From the NCBI GenBank assembly GCA_964036045.1, contig OZ038378.1, forward strand, positions 176,824,001-176,888,000: a stretch of DNA of 64,000 bases, in the 5' to 3' direction. The notes under the pieces were generated by a model. The model made no database searches. It was not told the origin of the DNA and saw only the letters and a list, made by a program, of their open reading frames with translations. A program made the translations under genes and the position numbers. Position 1 is the stretch's first letter; the number at the start of each line of letters is the position of its first letter. This DNA comes from Eutreptiella sp. 'Long Island Sound 2002' (taxonomy: Eukaryota > Protista > Euglenida). Below, piece after piece: positions 51,154-61,465 of this stretch.

Positions 51154-53169
51154 GTGTGCCTAGGGTTTCCCATCAACCAGCCTGTCATTGGTTTTGTTGT
51201 GCACGCCCCTCGTGGGCTGAGCACTGGACATTGACAGTGTGCATTTTTCAAGGCACGTGTCTTTCTTACCCCCCCCCCCCCCGCCCCCCCCCCAAATAAG
51301 AACTAGCTCTTAAGGTTGGTACAGCCGGTGGTCTGTCTTGGTGGGGGGTCCTATGTTTTAGGGATGCAGAAGACTATTGCAATGTTGTTCCCCATCTTTG
51401 GCCTATTGCTTGTCAGGGTCCTGGGCGGGGCGGGTGAAAATTTTACTTCGGGGGGAGGGGGGCCCTTGGAGCCCCCGCAAATTTGGGGGGGGTGGTCGTT
51501 GCGGAAAGGGGCTCCAAGGGCCACACGCTTGTTTCCTCAATACAAATGCCTGAAAGCTTGCCTCCAGCAATTTCAAGGGGGGATGGGGGGGCAGTGCATG
51601 TTCACAGGGCACAATCCCCCCTCCCCCCGTTCCGGTCGCCGGAAGTGCCGGAACGTTTTGCCAGAACGTTGTGATTCTGTGAGGCTCTTCAGTGAAAACG
51701 CTTGCCTTTGGTGTCTTGCTCTTGTTGCATGGGGGCCTTTTACTTGGGGGGGGGGGGGGGTTGTGGAGATTTGGAATATGCATGAAAGACATGGAAAAAA
51801 GAGAGCCAGCCCTCGGAGCCCCCTCCAGGGGGGGAGGGGGTTGGAAAATGGGCTCCAAGGGCCCCCCGTCCCCCCAAATAAAATTTTTGGGAGCCTGGTT
51901 CTTAACTTTGGTACACTCTGTGGAAATCCCTGGGTGGTGCTTTAGTTTGAGCCCAGTTATAATTTTTTTTTGGAGGGGGTTTACTGCCCCCTCAGTTCCG
52001 GGTACAAGTCACAGTTTTGTATTCCCATCGGCCTGCCCCTTACTGTTCTTTCGAGCCATGGATCAGGGGCAGCACTTGCTTCCTTGCCAGGGAACATGCC
52101 CCGGCGCTTACGCAGCTCAGTGCCCTCTTTCCCTTCGCCTGACACACACTGTGCAATCGGGGCCTTACGTGAGTCGTTGGAAAGCCGTTGGCCGAGCAGT
52201 GCTTTGCCGGCGAAGACAACACAATGTTTAACGTTCCATTAAGTGCTGGGCCCTGCGCTTTGAACGCCATGGCAATCGCTGCGACAGTGCGCAGCAGACT
52301 GTTGGAAGAATTCAGGCGAGAGAGCGCATGACTGCAATGTTTTCGGACCGTCTCGTCGTTTTCTCCGCTGAAGTCCTTCTGGGGCCCGTGCACCACGTGG
52401 CCTTGTGCACCGTTCTGTGCATTGGGGTACAGTGTTACGCTTCACCTTTATGCCTTTGCACCCACAAATGTTTGGTTGTTGAGGTGCTCAAGCCGCTGCC
52501 AATGAAACTGTAGTTACCCCGCTTTGCCTGCGGGGTAAAGCTGGCGTGTTTCTGTCCCAGTGGTAATATCGATAATGTGCATACGATGCGACTCTTTGCC
52601 CCTTTACGGCCTCTCCGACGACCCCTCGGTACACTCGATGTTCGACTGTTGTGCGCAGTGCAATGTTTGCGTGCGGAGGCGTCGGGTTGCATCGATGCAA
52701 AGTGTCTGCAATGGCAACAGAAAAGGGGACTCACTGGACTGAAGGTCGGGGGTCTCCTGAGATGGATGTACGACCCATGCCACTGCATTTCAGGTCGGTT
52801 TATTTATGGCGTGGATGTCTCTCATTGGTACATGGGATGTTTGCACACTGGGCTTCTTTCTTGGAGGTAAGGGTGGCCTGCATCTTGGTCCTCCTCTTGA
52901 GTCTAGCACATATAGTCCAGCACATATTGTGCAAATCCCTTAGGGAAAGTCCCACGCAGGAAAGTAGCAGCAACAGCATCTGACCCCTTTCATGAGCGCA
53001 GTTGAGTGTAGTTTCTTGGAATTGGATACCACCCACGCCAAGCGTGTGCATCTGGGATCTGGCAAATGCATCGGCGTGGTCCACCGCCCGGCGTGCTGTT
53101 GGATATGCGGCCTGCGACATGGGGCCTTCGGGGTGCAGGCCCTACTGCTGCGTCCCATTTCTTAATCAG

Positions 53170-53352
53170 ATGGTGAGAACTGTGGAAGAGTCCATAGCCT
53201 CCGAGATGGCCATCAGGATGCAGAGCATGAAGCAGGCCTCGGAAAACGCCGGCAAATTGGGCCATGACTTGGCTTTGCAGTATAATCGGCAGCGGCAGGA
53301 CATGATCACTTCGGCTTTGATCGAGTCTCTGGTCCACGCTGAGGATTACTGA
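53170..53352 (+). CDS. atpC: ATP synthase gamma, exon 4 (C-terminal helix)
   Basis: cttaatcAG acceptor. Reads MVRTVEESIASEMAIRMQSMKQASENAGKLGHDLALQYNRQRQDMITSALIE. The four exons total 1437 nt (478 aa plus stop), in frame. Confidence 0.88.
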   Translation: MVRTVEESIASEMAIRMQSMKQASENAGKLGHDLALQYNRQRQDMITSALIESLVHAEDY

Positions 53353-53679
53353 GTGACAAATGAACATCGAGCTGAGATACAATGAGTAAAGCGCCCCTGA
53401 GACTGAGGAGTGAACCGTGCCAGCGCTGTTTCGATGCAAAGTAACTGTGCCACGTGTTCTCCGTTGCCCTATGCTTTTCGCCATGTGCCATGCGTTTGGA
53501 AACGGCTGTGGTGTTCACTGCCCTGAAAGTCGGCGAATACACAGGCGAACATGGGAGGACAATGACTGGGGGCTTGCATTGAGATTGCGATGAATGGGGA
53601 TTGCATTGAGGGTGATGGGTGTGGGGATTGCTTGAGGGTGTGAATTGCGATTGCATTGAGGGTCCCACCCCCCCCCCGG

Positions 53680-54016
53680 CCCCTTTTGCGAGAACAACGC
53701 TCAGAGCAACAGTATGCGCTGTTTCTGCGACTCCTTCTCCTTTTTGTGGTTGTCCGTGAAAGCCAAGAATTTTTCATGATTTAGGGCTGGTGATGCTATT
53801 TTCAAGGATACTCATTGCTGTCCTGCCAGCCATTTTCACCCCTTCTTGTTTTTTGGGGTTGGAGATCAGGGAATCACCTGACAACTCGTACATTCAGGAC
53901 GCAACGGTCACTGCTTGTATCTTCTTGCGGCGCGCGCGAACAACGCCCTTGTCAGAGCAACACTACGTGTTGTTTCCGTCAAATTCAGGGTTTTTACTGT
54001 TGTTCTCGCAAAGGGG
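53680..54016. mobile_element. MITE-like element with ~18-bp TIRs
   Basis: CCCCTTTTGCGAGAACAAC (53680) and GTTGTTCTCGCAAAGGGG (53999-54016). Internal AACAAC..CAGAGCAACA direct repeat. Confidence 0.55.
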
Positions 54017-54109
54017 GGCGGGGGCAGCACGAATGGGGGTGGTATGAACGGGGATTGAATTGGCGGTGACGTGAATTGTGTATTGAGGCTGCTGCGAACT
54101 GGGACGGGC

Positions 54110-56420
54110 TGTGAATGACATGCGGTTGCAGAGATCTTAAGAGCAGATTTTCAATGGGGCCTCGGAGCTCAGGTGCATGTCCACATATATGTCGCATCTG
54201 AGCTGTCCCCGTGGCCTTAGCGGGCCTTTGAACATGTGCCATAGGACTCTACAAGGGCTGTTCTCAGAGGGGTCCCTGTGCCCGAGGGGCGTTGGAACGC
54301 AAGGCGTGCAGCGCAGGCCATACAGTGACATACCACTGTGGCCGGTGGGCCCATTCCAGGGCGAAGAGAAGGGCGAAGGGGGGCTGAGCAGCCGTAGCAG
54401 CCAAAGGCCATAACTCCCGTCCCTATGGCCATGTGGAGCCCTGTGCCCGTGGCCACTCCAAACTAATCTCCACGGACAGTGGTTCGCTTTCCCTATGGCC
54501 ATGTGGAGCCCTGTGCCCGTGGCCACTCCAAACTAATCTCCACGGACAGTGGTTCGCTTTGTCATACACCCCTGCCCTGAAACCGTGTTTTTTGAGCGCG
54601 CGTGCAGCATGCTTCAGTGGGTTCTCTTGTACACGGTGGTCAGCGTTGCGCGACCTGTCGACCAATTGGTCTACACAGGTGTCTGTCAGTGTACCAGCAA
54701 ACTCAGACAACACTGATCTTGGTATGTTAAACGATGTCAGTGGTTTTACAGCATTGTACAGACCAGCAAAAATTGATGATGATGTGGTCCGCCAATCAGG
54801 CAGACTTGCATTCTTCATATTTTGATGCCAGACTGACATGTCTGGTATCACATCAGTCAAACCAGGATACTTCACTGTAAAATCACGAATATACACATGG
54901 CCTCTAGATCTAGGGAGAGAGGGGTCACGCTGTGAACATTGGCACTCGGCCCCAGCCATCGCTATTACATCAGCTGTTCCACAGTGGTACTGCTGGTTGC
55001 ACAACAGCTGTCCCACCGTGCTTGTTTTCTGTGATACAACCGATACGGCCGACTGCAAGTACACACGCAGTGGGTCGGGTACTGTGAGTGCCGGGATGAC
55101 CGTATTACATATCTCATGTACGGCGGCCTTCCCTTCGCGTGTGAGCAGTGGTATCTTCATTGGGAGGGAGTAGGGCAGTTGCAGCTTGAATCTCTGCAGC
55201 AGTTTGGGCTCTGCTTTCCTGAAAAAATTCCGGAAATCTGTTGGGGGCAGTACAGTGCGTGCAACTGTGAGCAGATGTAGGTATTCGGACAGCGGCAGGT
55301 TATGACGTCTGGAGTGTAGCAGCTGGTGTACCTGTTGTTTCACGCATTTGACCGTGGTTTCTTTGGACAGTGGCTTCCATGCGGACCTGCGCAGGATCCA
55401 TTGCCATGGTTTCTGTCGTGCATCTTTCGGCTTGATTGTGTTGAGTAGACTGGCCACGCCAAATTTCCTCATCCAATACATTTCTGCGGAATCGGCCTCA
55501 CGCGGTGACACAAACTGTAATGGAGTCATGACGAAATTGTGTGGCCCGTGTCGGTGCATATGTTTGTATACATTTCTCGGTGCCAAGTGGTTGTTTGACG
55601 TGTGGAGGAGTGCATGGATGTTTTTGTAGTCTAGTGCGCATCGTATGTGTTCCATACCTCGTTTGTGTAGTGTGCGTGCGTTACACTTTGCTCCTGTCTG
55701 TCCAATGTAACACAATCCACTGGTTGTTGACCACAGAATATATATCCACGTACCCTCTTGGAACACGGATACCCTGGGTGTGACTTTGCGCATATGGTGT
55801 ATCTTGCGCACCCATGAGTGAGGTGACAAATGCAGATTACGGTTCACCTCGTCCCATGATTTACCCACGGTGGTCCATTGTTTGTGTGGTTGTGACCACC
55901 ATTTTGGACGCTTATTCGCTTGCAACTTGCACTCCGGGTTGAGTGCCGCGTGTCGTGCACGGGCCTGGCTTGCTGCGAAAGCTACAAACGCCTGGCCTTG
56001 TGGTGGGGATGGGGTGGTAACTGATGACAGGTCCTGCCTGTGGACGTGTGCTCCAACTTGTTTAAGTTGTTGTCCGAGCGTGGCTACCACGCACAATGCG
56101 TCAATGGGACGTGTTTGTCGCATCAGTTCGCTTTCGTATATCCATACCCGAACTTTGGAGTCATCGTCAGGCAAACGGATACGTGCAGCAGGGTGCAGGG
56201 CTGTCGCTTGGAATTCGGAACTCGCTGTGTGTAGTCGTGCGTTTCGCGCATGCGCTGTTTGTGTGAGCAGACGTACAGCCTCGTGTGCAGAGGTGGGGAG
56301 AATGAACACTCCTCGTATCGCATCATTCATACAATTTTTGGCAAAGCACTCATCACAAATACAGGGGCGTGGAACTAAATATTTTCTGCACACAAGTGTA
56401 TGCATGCATGCAATGGACAA
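54110..56420 (-). mobile_element. Penelope-like retroelement with N-terminal GIY-YIG endonuclease (Chlamys/Naiad-type order), RT truncated
   Basis: ORF 56420-54423: WIYILWSTTSGLCYIGQTG...RGMEH...SAEMYWMRKF...LLN (GIY-YIG without the Cys pair). Linker ECQC...RGHVYIRD, then GVYDKAN (RT start). RT catalytic motifs not seen. Confidence 0.7.
54421..54560. repeat. Exact 70-bp tandem duplication that frameshifts the PLE ORF
   Basis: 54421-54490 is identical to 54491-54560. 70 is not divisible by 3, and the ORF stops inside the duplication. Confidence 0.92.
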
Positions 56421-57905
56421 TCACAAACTTCTTGTCACGGAGCCATTTGGGGGCATATATGTGTACACAATGCACAGCAACACCAAACCGTCTTGGATTC
56501 TCTACCGTCTCTGCGTCAACGGAGGCTCTGGTTACCACGACTCAAGAGCAAAGTAGTGGAGAAAGTAGTGGAGAATCTGTTGTCCATGGTACAGCAAAAG
56601 TGACATGGGCAAAGTTTATTGATATTTGCAAGGAGAAGAGCATTGGTGCGTACCGCGGTAGAGTCACCAAGCTGAAAGAGGAATTGGTGAACAACGTAGA
56701 TGGGGTACATTTGTCGACAAGAAAGGTGCAGCTTGATTCATGGCGAGCTGTCGCTTTGTACCTACAATTAGCAAACCGAGACAGATTGCATCTACCTGGT
56801 GATTACCCACGTTACCTGGTGCGTTTATTGACAGGGCGAAGGTTGATGCGTATGAGCTGCTCGGTTGTGTGAGCATTTGCCTAACTTTGCCCTTTACACG
56901 CCAGCCCCATCGCTTGGATTCGATACTGCGGGTTGGGCAGTACATTGGGAAGGAGAATCCCAATCAGTTGCACCTACACATAGACCGTTGGGACTCGTAG
57001 AAGTCTTAAAGGCAGCAAGGGATGGCGAACTGGATGGACATCGTTACCGCATTGTACATTACCCCGATTGGGGTTGTTTGGGAGAGCTACTTACATTGGA
57101 GCAACCGGGACATCCCAATGCTTGTGTGTGTCCGGTGCCCGGGGAAGACTGGAAACTCTTCGGATACAATCCTCAACCAGAGCGGCCCTTGAGTTTCTTT
57201 CCCACCCCTCTAGCGGACTACTTCCAGATCTTTGAGTCGGACCTTGATGTGGGGTACGATGTGTCACATTGTACAAAGGAGGTTGTGGTCAATATGGGCT
57301 TACATGGCATAGATCTTTGGTTACAAGACCAACATGCCAAGCACCCGGGCTAGTGCCCGCGGGAATGATATGCAATATTCAGAGCGATATGCAAGAAGCA
57401 CACCAAAGAGTCGCCGTATGTGCCACCACTAGAGCGTGGGCCGGGCAGCCATCCAAATCGATGGAAGCCGCGATGTTTTGTCATTCGGGATTTGTTGAGA
57501 AACCCCGTGTTTTGGCAAGAGGTCTATGAACTACTGCCAAAACAGGCTGATGGGCTGGAGGTTACCTCCGTCACTCCGCAACGTAGGTCCGTTCAGCAGG
57601 AGCCACTACAGTTCTACCTACGTGAACTGAGGAGACTTGCCCTACAGTTAATGGCCACGGCACCAAAACGTGTCAAGGCACGAGACCGTGATTACCGGCG
57701 ATTGGACGAGCTACTCTCGGTATTGCATCTTCCGGAAGAGCGGTTGACGGTGCAATGCCATTATTTCTTGGCTCATTATCAAGCACGCTTGTTGAAGCAC
57801 GGCAATCTACAGGTTGTTAGCATAATTGTAGACCCCGTCCTCCCGTTGCGGCAATACACAACCTATTATACATTATACCTCTTATACCTTCTCTACGCTC
57901 CCTAG
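56412..57905 (+). pseudogene. Decayed ~500-codon ORF of unknown function, divergent from the PLE ORF
   Basis: Track ORFs 56369-56872, 56865-57353 and 57420-57905 chain together. The last two share a frame, separated only by TAG (57351) and TGA (57366). Composition is protein-like; no family recognised. Confidence 0.45.
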
Positions 57906-58163
57906 GTGCTGTCAAGCGAAGGTGGTGAACACACTCACCAGGACGTCAAGGGCGTGGTTAGCATGCGGCGGAGTAAACCCCGTTGGAAATGTCCTATCGC
58001 ATTGCAAGTGCTTCTCGAGGTTTAAGCCTTGAAGCTAGCATTTTGGGCGGAGGCACGGTTGGTGCCCATGAACTGCAACCCGGGCAGAAAGATAATAACT
58101 CTACCTACGTACGTATGCACATGCCACAATATCTTGATCTTTGAACTCATTATAATTTGTGCT

Positions 58164-58415
58164 TGCTTCTGTTTGGTGCAGTGTGTCAATGCATGGGAAG
58201 GGTAACAATTTTCAGTGGTTCCTTTGCACGCCGACGGCATGTCTCCTTAGTGAAGATAATACAATCATGCCTATTGCAGAACTCAGAACTCATTTTAGGC
58301 TTGCTTCTGTTTGGTACAGTGTGTCAATGCATGGGAAGGGTAACAATTTTCAGTGGTTCCTTTGCATACCGATGTCTTCTTAGTGAAGATAATACCATCA
58401 CACCTATTGCAGACG
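58164..58415 (+). repeat. 137-bp tandem duplication (about 1.8 copies)
   Basis: TTGCTTCTGTTTGGT(G/A)CAGTGTGTCAATGCATGGGAAGGG starts at 58164 and 58301. Confidence 0.85.
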
Positions 58416-58590
58416 CGTACTTCCTATCAGAGGCAGCACAGTGTCAGAAATACACACTCAGTGACCTCGTAGATCATGTGGACCCGAAACACACAGCGGC
58501 CCAGCAAGTTGTTACTATTGGGGCGTTTTGTTACCCCATGGTGGGTCATTTAAGGGAGAAGGACACACCTTACAACCCATACAAACGCAG

Positions 58591-59749
58591 CTTATATCCG
58601 TGGCAAGGGCCCGAGGATATCGGCAGATATCCGTGGCATATGCCCGGGATACAGCAGCCACGGATATCTGCCGATATCCTGGGCATATGCCACGGATATC
58701 TGCCGATATCCCGGGCATATGCCACGGATATCTGTTGGTGTTCAAGTCAAAATTCTCTGGGTACATCACCGCAAAGACAAGGAATTTAAAGGGGTTGAAA
58801 AAGCCGCCGAGATTCTTGCACGTTACCAAAAGCCTAAGGAGCTCGAGGTGCCTCACGAGGAAATTTGTAAGGAGCCAAAAGCGGAGCCTTGCGTTGTCCA
58901 TGCTAGTCCTCTTAAAGCTGTTAAAGCTGAGACTGTGGTTGTTCTTGGTAGTCCTATCAAGGCGGAGCCTTGTGCTAACAACCCAATCGTGCACACAGCG
59001 TCTCCAAAGCACGAGGTCATTGATCTCACAGCGGAGGAGGACTATGCTACTTTTCCCTTGACACAATTAAGCGAAAAGGAGAACATGGTATATGAGCGTG
59101 AGATGTATCGTTCGTGTGCATGGGTAGCCCAAGCCACACCTGCAAAGGCCCCCACAAGCCAAGATCTCACAGGCATCCCATCTCCTTTTGACTCTGCTAG
59201 GTTTGATGGGCCACCCACGAAGGTTCGCAAAGTTCAGGTGAAAGAGGAAAAGCAACAATGCTATTGTTGTGACTATCCCATTACGAAGAATGCTGCATCT
59301 GGGACTTGTGATGTTTGTCATGCTATTTACCACTTGTCATGTGCCAAGCTTCGGTTTCCTCCAAAGCATGGATCGTGGGCATGTGAGACATGTATGACCG
59401 AAATGATTGGTTCCCAGTAATTGGCACCATGACCTCATGATACGTTCTTTTCATACATATTGGCATCACATTTTCGCATCGATAGAGAGCACATTGTGTA
59501 GTGCTCCAACTTGGACATCTACATACAGATTGGCATCACATTTTTGCATCGATAGAGAGCACATTGTGTAGAGCTCCAACTTGGACGTCTATCCACAAAA
59601 CTTTCCAAAATTGTTGGCGTCCTCAATTGTTGTGTTGTGCATGGCTCAAGTATGCAATGAGGGAAAGGGAAGGGTTGGGCGCATCTATCCCGTGGCATAT
59701 GCCACGGATATCTGCCGATATCCTCGGGCCCTGATGCCACGGATATAAG
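58591..59749. mobile_element. ~60-bp inverted repeats bracketing the PHD ORF
   Basis: 58591-58651 is nearly the exact reverse complement of 59686-59749. Both are built from GCCACGGATAT motifs, with extra copies at 58655-58735 and 59760-59803. Confidence 0.65.
58719..59420 (+). CDS. 233-aa ORF with C-terminal PHD finger
   Basis: CYCC...CDVCHAIYHLSC...WACETC fits the C4HC3 pattern with the conserved Trp. Uninterrupted and intronless. Start uncertain because the ATG lies inside a repeat motif. Confidence 0.7.
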   Translation: MPRISVGVQVKILWVHHRKDKEFKGVEKAAEILARYQKPKELEVPHEEICKEPKAEPCVVHASPLKAVKAETVVVLGSPIKAEPCANNPIVHTASPKHEVIDLTAEEDYATFPLTQLSEKENMVYEREMYRSCAWVAQATPAKAPTSQDLTGIPSPFDSARFDGPPTKVRKVQVKEEKQQCYCCDYPITKNAASGTCDVCHAIYHLSCAKLRFPPKHGSWACETCMTEMIGSQ

Positions 59750-59970
59750 AATTGTGCCTAATGCCACGGATATCTGCTTGTATCCCGTGGCATAGGCACA
59801 ATTATTGTATAGTATGCGCTCACGTACAAGGGGGATTCCTTTTTGTTTTTTCTGACAGGCAGTGCCAAGGGAGTGTGGCTCTGACCATTACAGCATTTGC
59901 AAATCTAATGATGGCGTGTGTGCAAATACAGTTGTTTTGAGCCTTTCTTTGCACCCTCCGGTTCATATTC

Positions 59971-61150
59971 TTGAGTAAAGAGCATGCACGGGCACAAATT
60001 GTTCATTGTCTAGCCTCACCTAGCACTAGTGAACAACTTGAAATCACACACACGGGCAGCGATAGCACTTTAATCAACATTTATGTGTTCAAAAGTGCAA
60101 ATGTAGCTGTTTTGGGCCTTTTTTGGCACCCTCCGGGCCCTAACCTTGAGTAAAGAGCATGCAGGGTCACAAATTGTTGCTTGCCAAGCCTCACCTAGCA
60201 CTCGGGACACATTTCATCAACTTGAAATCACACGAAAGCGCGACCGTATCACTTTAATCAACATTTGTGTGTTCAAAAGTGCAAATATAGCTGTTTTGGG
60301 CCTTCTTTTGCACCATCCGGACCGTAACCTTGAGTAAAGGGCATGCACGGGCACAAATCATTGCTTGCCAAGCCTCACCTAGCACTAGGGACACATTTCA
60401 TCAATTTGAAATCACACGAAAGCGCGACCGTATCAGTTTAATCAACATTATTGTGTTCAAAAGTGCAAATATAGCTGCTTGGGGCCTTTTTTGGCACCCT
60501 CCAGGCCATAACCTTGAGTAAAGGGCATGCACGGTCACAAATTGTTGCTTGCCAAGCCTCACGTAGCACAGGGGACAAACGTGATCAATTTGAAATCACA
60601 CGAAAGCACGACCGTATCACTTTAATCAACATTTATGTGTTCAAAAGTGCAAATATAGCTGTTTTGGGCGTTTTTTGGCACCCTCCGGATTATTATCTTG
60701 GGTAAAGGGCATGCACGGGCACAAATCATTGCTTGCCAAGCCTCACCTAGCACTAGGGACACATTTCATCAATTTGAAATCACACGAAAGCGCGACCGTA
60801 TCACTTTAATCAACATTATTGTGTTCAAAAGTGCAAATATAGCTGTTTGGGGCCTTTTTTGGCACCCTCCGGGCCATAACCTTGAGTAAAGGGCATGCAC
60901 GGGCACAAATCATTGCTTGCCAAGCCTCACGTAGCACAGCCGACAAACGTGATCAATTTGAAATCACATGAAAGCACGGCCGTATCACTTTAATCAACAT
61001 TTATGTGTTCAAAAGTGCAAATATAGCTGTTTTGGGCGTTTTTTGGCACCCTCCGGATTATTATCTTGGGTAAAGGGCAGGCACGGGCACAAATCATTGC
61101 TTGCCTAGCCTCACAGGGCACTAGGGACAAAATTGATCAATTTGAAATCT
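59971..61150 (+). repeat. 184-bp tandem satellite, about 6.4 copies
   Basis: TTG(A/G)GTAAAG(A/G)GCA unit starts at 59971, 60146, 60330, 60514, 60698, 60882 and 61066. Confidence 0.92.
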
Positions 61151-61465
61151 CGTGACACCACAAGGACATCATCGAAATGACCGTTTATGGCCCAAAAGTG
61201 GCAAAAATGGGCAAAAATGGTCGTATTTTGGGTTTATCTGGACATCCGGTAAACCAATCGACGTGATTTCAATACAGCAACTAGATAACGTCATATGTTA
61301 CCGATTGCGCTATCTAAATCGGGGTAGATGCGCACAGATTTGGCACAAATCACCAAAACCTCGGCAAAATTGGGTTGCGGCGGGCCGTAAATCGCGATCG
61401 CGGCAGTTTTTGGACGGTTCAGTTACGGGATTCCGGTACCTCATAAAATCCTAGGTGGTAGCGCT

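Noticed and set aside
59971-60889. Series of 60-63 aa ORFs
   Set aside because: These are one per satellite monomer and start at TTG; they are not genes.
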